DNA of 64,000 bases. Origin: Balanoglossus misakiensis (Eukaryota > Animalia > Hemichordata). The DNA lies in assembly GCA_040954595.2 (NCBI GenBank), contig CM082581.2, forward strand, positions 10,477,099 through 10,541,098, read 5' to 3'. The notes below the pieces were generated by a model. That model saw only the letters and a program-made list of their open reading frames with translations, was not told the origin of the DNA and searched no databases. Within the stretch, counting starts at the first letter, position 1, and each line of letters begins with the position of its first letter. Of this stretch, positions 19,501-31,470 are shown piece by piece. The position numbers and the translations under genes were made by a program.

Positions 19501-22500
19501 CTGCAGAGCAGTTTGTATAATTAGTTCAATATCTGGTTTACGTGGTATAAAACAGACTGAGTCACAATCAACCCACTCCTTCAGCAAAAGTTGAACGAGT
19601 CCAGGGACAGTACGAAATACCCTTGGCTATAAATCCCATATGGACAAAAATGATGGCGATTTCAATTGAAGGTGTATTTTACAATTTAAGTAGATCCGCC
19701 AATATTCAATGAGATTGTGTGATATTTTGAGATAGAGTACAAAGTACGCCAGCTAATAGGGTGCACGTTAGACGACTATACCCCGCAATTACAGGCAATT
19801 GTACCACGGTGGAAACCTACGTTTCTTTTTAAGCGATAGTTCCGCCCGCAAAGCGGTGAGAAATTGCCAGCCGCATGGACTAATTTTGTAAGGCGAGTAG
19901 GGAAAGGTTTTCTTGTGTGTGAGTTCCTCGCTATAAAAAATAATTGTAATGTTTACCAAAAGCGGGGCGGCTTGCGATCGAAGCTGTAAAAAGAAACCGC
20001 GCGCCGGACGATAGTGATGGCTGCTGTGTCATTTCCAGCAATAATTTCCCTGTAATAAAGAACACAAAACGCGGCATAATTAGTGATTGTACATAAAAAT
20101 GCACTTTGCCGAAGAAGGAAAAAAAACAAGTATGTAAGGGGAGAAGGTAGCGCGCGCATCTGGAATCTGTCTACCTTTCGCGTATGTATCCTGTCGGCCG
20201 CTTTCTCTCAAAGACTCTTCCGATTGAAAACAAACATCATCTTTTTTACGTGTAGGTGAAATGCCTAACATTAACAAGCGAGACTTGGACAGAAATCGGT
20301 TCCATATCCACCTTGCGGTAGTTGTCTTAGGTTCCACATTAAGAAGCATTAGTGGAAACAATGGCGGGCGGAAGGAAGTCTTCTACAACTTTAAATTGAT
20401 GTGTGCATCGTATTTCGTTCATGATTGGCACACGCTTTACAAGTTTAGAAATTTGAAACCCAAAATCTCCGTCTTTAGTGGGATTCATTTGGTATTAAGA
20501 TCAGTGGTCGGCCGGGGACGCAATATTTGTATTAATTAATACCTGGCGCACGTATATGCGCATGCTCCTCGCGCAGTCAGGATACCGTCAAGAAATCTCG
20601 CCTCTAAACATGCAGAGAATGATGTTCGGAGTCACACGATCAACGATAGCGCCATTTAAAGTGCAGAAACTTGCTTCGGGAAAAATCACAGCATTTATAC
20701 TTACCCAATCATGACTTTTGATGCATTTAAAATGAAGTCATGATCGTGCATGACAGGCGGTTTGAGATTGAGATGGCCCATTCACAGAACTCTGCGGGTT
20801 GCGCTTGCAAGAGCGCATGAGAGATATCTGACAAACGAGTTTACTTCAGTCTTTTTCTTTTCGTCTTTCCGGTCAGGTTTTGACAAATTTAAGAATCACG
20901 CACAGTCCTGCTGTTATCACACATTTTAAAGCTAAGGGAGGCAAGATATCGATGCAAAATATCTTCACGAGGCATGAATATAACTCAAGTTGTAGCATCG
21001 AGGGTCTGTTTTCGTGAACAAGATTTCCGTTCTGCATGCCGAGTTGATCGACCTAGTTGAAGAAAACACAGTATAATATTATGAAAGCATTAAATAATTC
21101 AACGTATAATCAATCATTTCAAAGTGGGATTTTAAGATGAATGAATTGAGGGATAAACTGTAACCTTCAAATACTACAGTATTTGTTTAAAACGTCATAC
21201 ATCGTGATTTCAGCTGCTCTTAGGTGTACAGGTAATCGTTTACCAAGGTAACTTATTCAAAGATATCTAAGTGATTATTGTCAACTTACTGGTGTTTATT
21301 ATCATTTAATATAAATTCATACGGTTTGATAAATAATTGAGTTGGTTTACATGTCATGGAAACTCTTACTTCGATACCTGTCCGAATCATACGTTGCGAG
21401 GAACAGATTCGACAAATTAATTCACTTTTTTTCTGGAAACATGGTTGATTTATAAGACAGTTTGTTTCGTTTTGATCATGGTGTTTAATTTACAATGATT
21501 TATTGCACGTTGAAAAATTAAATTCGAATTACCGGTTAGGTCATCGTTTTGCAGTCGCTCTCTCATTGAAAAAGACACCACTCGCGGCGGATGCGAATTC
21601 TCAAGACCACTACTGCCGCGAACGTTGGACTTCAAACGCGAACATTGCATCACCAAGCGCTTCCGACGAAAATGGTTATTGATTGCGGCTTACATGGGTT
21701 TCGTTTTTCGAACAGCTCCGTTCTTTTCAGTAGCCGGAAGCAGCAAGGCGTTGATCTAAATCAGCCAAAGCTTTTTTCGTCCAGATATTGTAGGCATTAA
21801 ATTTGGTAATGAATGGCACGATAGATTGGGCGGAAGACTCCGTTTCAGAGGGAAATAACGATTATTTATAAGCAGGGCTACCCCATCACCAGGATCTGCC
21901 TATTCAACTAGTTTATCCTGACCCGAGAATGCAATTATGTGCTCAGCTTGCTGCAGTATAAGTTCAGTCTTCTCGCTAATGGCCGTTACGATATAAATCA
22001 TTAGCTTTCACCAAAACAAACAGGATTGCTTTTACCGCCCTGACTTACAAAAACTCACGATAGCACAATCCCACGTGGATGACGTGACATATTTTGCTCA
22101 GGTAGTAAGTTGTCGAGCGCGTGAGATTTAACACGTGATTTGGAAGATGGAGTTCAGCTACAACTTGACCCATTATGGGTACTGAGTTGCCATGATAACG
22201 GTAATTTGGGACAGTGTCGGGTATAGCGATGGAGATTCGATGCATGCGTGTGGCGCGTGGCACATAAAGTCAAATGAATTCTAAATAGTATATGTAATAT
22301 CGATTTTAATAGCATAAAATTATAGGGACTTGCGTCACGGCTTTGTGTTCTGGTGTGAGTAAGAGACTTTTTTAATTCAATAGAGGAACCGAGCATTTTC
22401 ATTTGTATTTCGTGCATAAGATGCGGACATCAATACGTCGTGATGAGCTGCCCGTATGGCTGGAGATTCGAATTAAAACAAATTCACGTGGGACAAGATG

Positions 22501-25500
22501 GGGGTATGATGATCGAGTGGGGACGTTGTCGCGGAACTGTTCATGCAAACGTTCCATCTAATCTTGCGCATGCGGGTTGCTGGTTATTAAAAAAAACAGG
22601 TATGAAAGCCTGCATGGCGCAGTGTATATCACACTCCATAGCACTCCACTGTCGGTAGTGTTCGCAATTTCATCCAATTTCGCGGACTAGCCTCGGTTCC
22701 AGCTGGGAGTTCAGAGTGCTCAACGTCCCATGCAAATAGCCGGTGCATAGTTAATCAGTGAAATAAATGAATTATTCAAGGTTTAATCTGTACTAATGCA
22801 GCTCGCATTATAATACATTTATTGCCGGTTGTTATTAGCCAAATCGGCGTCTTTCACATGCAGTCTCCGGTTTGTCTAATGCCCGAGAAAATTCCATAAG
22901 CCCCTTTCTTTGATTGAATGCAATTAAAGTCTTCTGCGATTTGCAAAATTATAGAAGAGTGTATCTTCGACACGACATAATTCACGTTCACTTTCAGATT
23001 ATTGTTTTACGGTCGATTCTGCGCATGACTGGCGCCAACGCGGCACTGTCCAACTGTCGAGAACTGAGTGCCCAAGGGAGGGAGGGGACACTGCAACTGA
23101 ATATCGCCACCGAGCGTTGCACGACTACTTGCTCATACTTATCTTAATATGTCAAACCTGTCGGCCGAACGCTTTTTAGGACAATTTATTCATGAAATAT
23201 TAATGAGCATTAAGGGTTGGTCGGTTTTTTTATTTGTAGCACGGGGGAGTGGGTCGGTGACTCCAAATAGCGAGATAAAACTATAATCAACCTCTTTATA
23301 AGTAAAAATTACCGCCAATGTTCCACGAGAATTTATCTCAAAACGGCGGAAAAATACACGGCCTTCGTTTTGAATCCAGTGAATCAACGCGGAAAATTGC
23401 AGCTATATGCACTCACTTTGAAAGTGGTTTAATATTCACCAAGGTATGAAAAATGAAAATATCGATCAGGCGAAAATGGAGAAAAAAGCCCCTGGTTTGC
23501 TCGGTTAAATGAAGGTCACAGAAATTCTATACTGCGACGCTAATATGCAATGTATTTACATTTGGAAATTGCTGCTATGATGTGCCATTCAACGACTTCG
23601 TGCGGAGACGAGTTGGTGTGAAATCGGGACGCGTGTTGGGAAAGTTGAATGCAAAGAAGTAGTAAATATAGTGATATTTTCAACAAGTTTAATATTTTGT
23701 CACGAAGTGATTGACTTATTCTATACTGACATCAAGGTGTAGGTCAGGTGTGCACGTTGCGGGCGGATTGAATAAGAGGAAAGGGGAAATTGCAAGAAAA
23801 ACAAACAAACCGAATTTGTAATTTTTTTTAGTGAAGTTTGATATTGGCGAAATCGTTCATTCGTCTTTCTAAAAAGACTTTTCAGTTTTGCAGCAAGTTT
23901 AATAATACATATAATAGAAAGTCATAAACACAATCAATTCGAAAACGGCAGAAAAACGGGGGGAAACGCCTACGCACCAATCGACAGCCAGAAACGGCTA
24001 TAATGAAGAAATCTTGCCATGGGGGTTAGTAACAGGTGGTAGTAAATTAACCGGCAATAAACGTAATCCTAATTGATGATTAACGCTCGGAACTTGTTCA
24101 ATTATTGGTTCAATTTTATAGCGGTAGTTGTCAGATAACGGGTTTGATTTACAGTTAATTCCTTATCCAAGGCCCCTGTTTCGACTACCATTTGGTAATC
24201 GGTTTTCTTTGATCAACTGCGTCGGCTGCAGTGACGGACTAACGCTAGAGATGTGGTTTCCACAGTAACGAAGAAAAAGACAATAGTGTTGTTGATGATG
24301 ATGACGACGACGACGACGTCACAGAAATCTGCGTGTTCGAGCACGTTCAATGAATGTTATTTCAGCACTGGTGTGATCACTACATTGTCGTACGTGCATA
24401 TATATTCCCGAAAATTTTCGAAATTCAGAGTTAAGAGGGATGAAACTCTCACGTTCCTCATGCGACCTTGACCTTGACTTGGAGCCAGAAGCTTTACACA
24501 ATGACCTCATTGTTAAGGATGTCCCCGTTTAAACAATCCCATGACAACCAAAAACTCAGCCTTGCTCAGCAAGAATGACATCATGTCAAAAGTATGAAAC
24601 AAATCAAGCGCAAGAATGGCAAAATATGGCAACTCGACCCTTACAAGGTGACGATGACGTCATGATGACGTGGTTTCCGATAATGACAGCTTGTGTGTCA
24701 ATGTGATATGTGAAAACCAGACTGATTACGGTCTCGGTTTCTGAAAGTCATAAAAGGAGACCTTTAAGCTTAGTTTTTTCACCGAAATTGATCACCATTT
24801 ATGGAGGCGGAAATTCAATCGTGCAACTGTCGACTTTATATTGTCGATTCCCCCACATTCTAAGTTCATGTTCTTTTTTATTGTTATTAACAGAGAACAC
24901 GCAATTCAAATTGCTGAGATAAAAAGAAGCGAGGTTCGTGCAATAAGACGGACACAAAGACTCGCTTCCGCACGTATTCGCGTAAACCAAGTTCAAACAC
25001 TGGCCAAGTCCTCACAAAAACCGTTATAGAGTGCATGTGAAATTTTAATCGATTTCTCGTCGCAGAAGTTAACTCAGTGTTAGCGCCGACATACTTCTTT
25101 TCACGAAAAAACATATTAACACAAATAACGTTATCCGTAGTCTCTTGCCCAGCTCCTAAAAGGGAAATCAATTTAACCAGACAATAAAAACTCCGTGGTA
25201 TGCTGCTTCCAACTACTTAGTATTTCCATAGAGCTGTTTCACATTTCGTGACATGCTTCGCTCTCTGTGAATGACGCAAATGCGCATTTCACCTCCCATG
25301 CTCATTTCATCGTTAATATAACAATTGCAACCAGCGAGTTTTATGTAAAGATACTAATAGTGTGCGCCACGCAACTTTTCATGCTCTCAGCTCCTTCACG
25401 CAGCTATTCAATATTTCATATCACGCGAAGTACATTCTCCTGGCGTAGGCTACCCTTCTGATAACGGGCGCCACCCAAATATACTTTAATGGCTGAACTA

Positions 25501-26157
25501 ATAAGTCGACATAAAGAAAGCGCGGAGATGAACACTCATTGTTGCGGAGAATGGAACAGAATTTCTACCCGGCAGCGTGTACTGGTTATAAACACGTGAT
25601 AATGATTAAAGAGGACGATCCGTATCGAATTAAACAGAAAGGAACAGACTCGCCGAATAGGATCAATTTATTAGTATTTTTTAAATAGGGGAAACTAATA
25701 TTTGGATGGACTTCATCATCTAACAAGTGAACAACACAAACTGCCGCTGTGCAAAAGGGCGGTTTTATCGTCGACGGTGTTCATTATTTAGGGAATGCCG
25801 TCACAAGGAGAGCCATTATTTCGTGTCTGCAGCGCCACCATTGACCGCCTCGTTACAAGATGGGTGATAGCGCTATCACTGACGTTCCCCCATTGATTGT
25901 GCTAGTGAACGTGATTAAGGCAGTGCCAACTTTTGACATCTCCATTAATTGAGAGAGCTATCACCGCAGGTGTTATCGTTGACTGTGTCACTATAATGGG
26001 GACGGTTCCATCGGTAATAAAGTCCTTCAGTTACACTGCCGTCCCAGCCAAACCCAGAAAAAAACTCAACCATGCCTGATTTGTACGCGAAAGCCTATAC
26101 AAAAATCTCAAATTTCTTCCTAAAACCAAATGCACCTATATTGTGGTCCTCACATTC

Positions 26158-26184
26158 CTGTCTGTCTGTCTGTCTGTCTGTCTA

Positions 26185-26215
<31 letters not shown>

Positions 26216-26226
26216 GTCTGTCTGTC
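26158..26226. repeat. (TCTG)n/(TCTA) microsatellite
   Basis: About 17 tetranucleotide units visible. Confidence 0.95.
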
Positions 26227-29200
26227 CGCCTTTGTCTGTCGTCCAATTCTCTCTGTTCGGTCTCCTTCTGTCACTTTCATGTTATTTCAAATGAGCATTA
26301 AGTAAGAAGTAAAATGCTATTTATCGGAAAATAGAGTGATGTTCTCACGAGATTCGATTCCTATTTCTATAAAATTCCACTAGCTGCAAGTCTTAGTATG
26401 TCAAAGGTACACTTATGTTCCAGTCTCTTCAAAATATCCCCCAGCAGTGGAACCTGTATTAGTGTTGACGTGTCACCCCTCGATGGTGTATCAGTTTAGT
26501 CAACCATTTCCATCTCTACGTAGTTTCGCAATTTAACTGTCGTTTCGCCTGTTTTATACACAGGTTTCAATACAGTAATACAGACAGGTTGATCAGACCA
26601 GGTCTTTTTAAAGCTTTATTTATATCGGTAGACATTGCTAGATTTTTAACTCATAAAAATGATCAGTTGCAGAAATTCGCCGTCAATAATATGCTATACT
26701 GAATATAATATCAAGGTGAATTTACACAAATGACCTTGAGATGCGACCTAGACCTAGTTCCCCTCTTGCATAATAAGCTGGTTTGTTATAAGGCACGACT
26801 CGTGCTGTTCAGAAACGCTCATGAAACATGTTTGTTCTGTGCAAATATGCTGCGACAGCTATACGTAGAACCGTTCGATTCCGATGTCTGGGATAGTCTA
26901 TGATAGAAAAAACAATAGGGTAATTACATGATGTAATGTTGGGTTTATAGCCTGTGTGTGTTTAACAGGTATATGGGCATGAATATACATGTATGTGCAT
27001 AGATTAACAGATGATGAAGAACTGCACCAGGTGCTATAATGAATGCGTGCAAATCATGATGGTGTGTGGTATTAATTTCTATGCATTACAATGCCTTGCA
27101 AGGCAATCTTTAATATTGGTTGCCACATGTGGTGAATATTATATACGTGACACGTTATCCTATGTTGGTCTTTGACATCGGAAAAAAATCAATCTAGAGA
27201 TAAAGGTCATCATGACATTGAAAATCTAATGATGAAGGTCATTGTGACATTGCCTGATATAAAAATTAGACAAACTCGTCGGATTGGGATTTCTTTCTAC
27301 TCGACAGTCGTATTACTGATGTTCAAATTGGTGTATTCCTGGGTAATAAACTAAATTACATGTATTATTTAAAATGCATTGACTGTATAAATTGTTTATG
27401 ATTGCAGCATTATGGCCACACAAAAATAAGGAAAACTTGTTAGTGTATCCACCAGTCCACCGTCCATTTTTGAGGGACTGTGGTGTATCATACCTCTAAA
27501 ATAATAACATTTTCAACAGCGGCCTTTCAAAGCAGATGCGGCGTTACTTTACGATTTTTATGAATCGTAAATTACGATATTTTCATGTTTTAGTGCTTCT
27601 GGGGTGTATTTTTATCATTTTCTTTTAGTCTTTCTGAGTTCTTGTGACCCGTCTATCAATCGGTGTCTGTCTCGGTCCGTTTCTTGGATTTTGTCCGAGT
27701 CTGCTTCCTTATCTTTTGACTGTTCTTCTGTCCCTGCGGCCTTGTTTCGACTCAAAAATCTCGATGAAGAAAGCAAAGTATAACTCACCCCCCCCCCATG
27801 TCCCACTCACCCACTTTTATGTAACTTTGTTTATATATTGTATATCGGATTTGTTATAGAATGTTGCATTCGCAAAACTATTACTCAGAAAGCCAGTGTA
27901 CAGATCGATGAACGACAAAATTGTTGCTAACTCGAAACATGCTGTATATTTGTTGCCGTCTGTCCCGTCGGTTACTCTTCAATCGAGAAACTTTTTTATT
28001 ATCAAATCAGAAGTAAAATGTTATTAAACTAATTATTATCAAACAGCTCTAGGATACACCTTTTAGTTTCTCCGACGAGTATTGTACTGAGTGAAGGCCG
28101 CTCTCATTTTACTTCCCCTCCCTGCACAAAGTGTGGTTACACTTTGTGATTAAAGTTTAAAATTAAAAAGGAAAGCGCTTCGTCTTTACGTCACGTCAGC
28201 CTTGTTTACAGGAAAAGGAATTAAAATGTGCCAATGTATGAGCAGACCTCAAAACAGTTGTCTATGGTCGTTAGTTTGCAAAACGTGACTGCACACAACA
28301 GCTTTTAGAGCGTCGACTTGTATTGATTGATCTCTGCGAAGAATGGCTGCTGCTGCTGTACATTTTAAGTTTAGATGAATGTAACTCTGTAGCTAAGGAT
28401 TATCTTCCGCAGTTTATCAAAAAACAGATCGTTTTACACTTTGCAAATTAACAACTTAGTTCACCGAACCCATCGGAATCTGTAGTAGCCACGTGATTTA
28501 ACGGATATTTCTCCATAGCTCTAGATTACAATGATTTTACAGGTGACACACCGGATTAATGTACACCTTTACTGGCCAGTTTAATCTTCAAAGCTGCAAA
28601 GTATCTTGCAGTATCAATACTAAACGAATCCACAATTTAAAGGTACCCGATCTTACCAAATAAACCGACTTAGGCCTAGAGTCATGACTCTAAGTCGGTT
28701 TATTTTGTAAGATCGGTACCGATACAAAAACAGCCTACGTTCACAAATATTGCATCTGGAAACCCCTCGTTTTATTCGGTAATTACCATGAAAGAGAAAT
28801 ATTATTGACAAAGGGATAAACAATTGAGTTTGTTTATAGGATAAAGGCCTATGCGTTTTGCGCCAATGTGACCGCATCAGAATCAGTTCGCTTTTGTAAA
28901 GCTTATTCGTAATGCCAACGAGAAAATAATGAAACACCAGCAAAAAGAATAGTTTTATTGTGCTCGTTGTGAATAAAATTAAGGAATTGCAGAATTGCAC
29001 CTCACAATTAGACTAGCCCACTAGTCGCTTGGCGATTTTTAAATCTCAATACTTTTTGTGTTTTCGGCGGTTTTTTGTCTTAATAAATATTAATTGCAAT
29101 ACTTTTTGCGTGCATGCTTGCCTTGAGCGTGTTTTTGGTAATGAGGTGAGTTTCGAATTTGGGGCCTACGCGTTCCCTACACATAATGAAGCCCATAGAC

Positions 29201-29517
29201 TTGGAGCAAGTCTACCTCACAATATATTGAGAAATAATGTTTTTTGCTGGCTGCACTGTCATGCCGTGTACCACACTGTGCGTGTACACATGTTTCCTGC
29301 GCAACTCTCGCTGAATTGTGAAATGCTTTTGTTGGCGCCCATTATTACCCATGGTGCATTGGTTCACGCATGCGAGTTCCAACTGGCCTCTATATCCTGG
29401 GTGTGTGGACGCCATGATGGCAGATAACTATAGTAGTCAGGTTAGAATCTTTCCACGTCGCATTTTATGACTTTGAGTGTTACTTTCAAACTATTAATAA
29501 TTTTTCTTTCTTTGCAG

Positions 29518-29549
29518 ATGATCGATTGCGATCCGCGGCAACGGACTTT
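29518..29549 (+). CDS. TIAL1: TIA-1/TIAR (nucleolysin) coding exon 1: MIDCDPRQRT(L)
   Basis: Polypyrimidine tract + CAG immediately before the ATG and donor TT|GTAAGT (phase 2). Joins to RTLYVGNL, the RNP2 motif of TIA-1/TIAR RRM1. This is an invertebrate co-orthologue of TIA1/TIAL1. Confidence 0.85.
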
Positions 29550-29669
29550 GTAAGTACCACCTTCTAAACCCCTTCGATTCCACTTCCATGTTGATGTTTT
29601 GCGGGTAGCATGTGTTCAGAAGTCATTGAAATTCAATTGCGTTCCACGTTGGCTTTTCATTTCTAACAG

Positions 29670-29766
29670 GTACGTGGGTAATTTGGACTCACGGGTGACA
29701 GAGGTGTTCATACTGGAACTCTTCAACCAGATTGGAACATGTAAGAGTTGTAAGATGATAGCTGAG
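29670..29766 (+). CDS. TIAL1: TIA-1/TIAR coding exon 2: [32 protein letters not shown]
   Basis: Acceptor ttctaacAG, donor GAG|GTGAGC. Closely matches TIAR [32 protein letters not shown] as recalled. Confidence 0.95.
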
Positions 29767-29966
29767 GTGAGCCTAATACACTTGTTTTTGTTTTGAATCT
29801 GTGATCGTATGTCAGATCGGCTTGACCGCTACCACACAGTGCAGTACGTGTGCGCTCCACGTCTGGCCAACACACGCTCAATGTCAGACATGCTATTGTT
29901 GATCAGCTGACGCAGCCGGCTTTTCCGCAAATCATCAAAACACCGCCTTTATTTTATTCCTCGTAG

Positions 29967-30065
29967 CATGGTGGCAACGACCCGTACTGCTTCGTCGAAT
30001 TCTACGAACATATCCACGCGAAAGCTGCTCTTGATGCGATGAATGGCAGAAAAATTTGGGGGAAG
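29967..30065 (+). CDS. TIAL1: TIA-1/TIAR coding exon 3: [33 protein letters not shown]
   Basis: Acceptor ttcctcgtAG, donor AAG|GTAAGT (phase 0). NDPYCFVEF (RNP1) and AMNGRKI are diagnostic. The next expected exon (EVKVNWA...) was not found in the window. Confidence 0.95.
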
Positions 30066-31427
30066 GTAAGTCGTTGTGCGGCTTCACGAATTTTGAACTT
30101 CCGGTTACGCATGGCATCCATTGTTTTGTTGTGATGTCCATTTCAATGCAAATGAATCCAATCTCTGATGTTGTAGCAAACACGACATTGGGTTCATGTA
30201 TATTTCAATCAAAAACCGCATGTGCCTTTCAAAGATTATATTTTGTAAGGGTTATATACAAGTTTTGATTAAATATCTTTTGTGAGTTCACTGACCCATA
30301 TGTGTAGGTAAGGTGTGAATTGCAATGTCACAAAATGGAAAATGAAGATTTCTGGTAAGTGTCTTCACTTGATCTTTTCCATCTTGTGAATATTTACATA
30401 CATGATTGGATGCAATTGGACTGCAGTTTGCAACAGCAAATCTGCATTCTTCCTAGGGATAGGTATGGATTTGGGGTCACGGAACAGATGTTTACCAATA
30501 TGGAAAGATGACATCTTGAAATAAATATTCAAAAATCAGATTTAATGTAACCTCTGCTCACTTACCAAGTTACAATCAAGCATGTTAATTTGTAGGCTGG
30601 CCTGACAGATTGATGGCAGAATGAGCGTGCTATCATGCTGTAGGCCTACTGGGTATAATAAAGTACAGACTTTTGATAGTCAGAAACATTTGCAATGGGT
30701 GCTTGTGTTTAGTCTGTGGAGGTATTCTGATTGACATGTATCTGGAGAGGCACACATTGCCAACTATCATCTGGCCAAAGAAGAGATCATTGATATACAT
30801 GTTAGTCAGATAATCCTCCTGGAGCCAGTTCACAGTTATTGGCCTACATTCAATGCACGATTGCTGCAGAACAACCTACAAAGAAGAAAAACAGGAACAG
30901 GAAATTGGGCCTGGTCTCTCAAATCAGGATTTGTATTGATATTGTCGGCAGTGATAAACAAGTCGATGAGCAGTCAATCACACCAGGTAACGAAGAGCCA
31001 GTTGTCATTATGATTGGTGAACATGCATTTTCACCAATCATGTGCCACATCTGGTAAAACAGTGCTGAGAAAAATCAGGAAAACTGATACCACTTGGGGG
31101 GTCACTGGAGTACAAGGACAAGGCCTGTCTAGTCTGACACAATTTTAATTTGAGGGTCTTTTCTATTTTACTGAAGTAGAGATATGACAGAAACTTGATC
31201 AGTTACTGGCTCTGGTTATCACTTGCACTGGATTTTATGGGGGTGATTTGAGACAATTATTGGTACTACAGTTTTGATTCGTCTCCCTTGTGTTTCCAAA
31301 TTGCCCCAATTTAAAGTGAATGATGTGTGTAAAAAAATCTACTGCATGTGGCAGAGTGGTGTCTTGATTTCGCTTGTGATAAGTAATGATTTTTGAATTG
31401 TGTTATATCTGATTGATGTTTTAGTTT

Positions 31428-31470
31428 AAAACAATGAAGTTGGACCAAACCATGGTGGTGAAAGGGTTAA
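31428..31470. mobile_element. Transposon/MITE terminus, copy 1 (ends GGG-TTAA, piggyBac-like)
   Basis: aaaacaatgaagttggaccaaaccatggtggtgaaagggttaa is near-identical to 37908-37950 (last 31 nt identical). Confidence 0.6.

Noticed and set aside
24460-27250. Clustered TGACCT/AGGTCA half-sites as nuclear-receptor elements
   Set aside because: Such tgaccttgacct runs are commonly repeat-derived in invertebrate genomes and cannot be distinguished here.
28343-28378. ATG GCT GCT GCT GCT as an alternative TIAR start
   Set aside because: The frame stops after 11 codons and has no convincing donor site.
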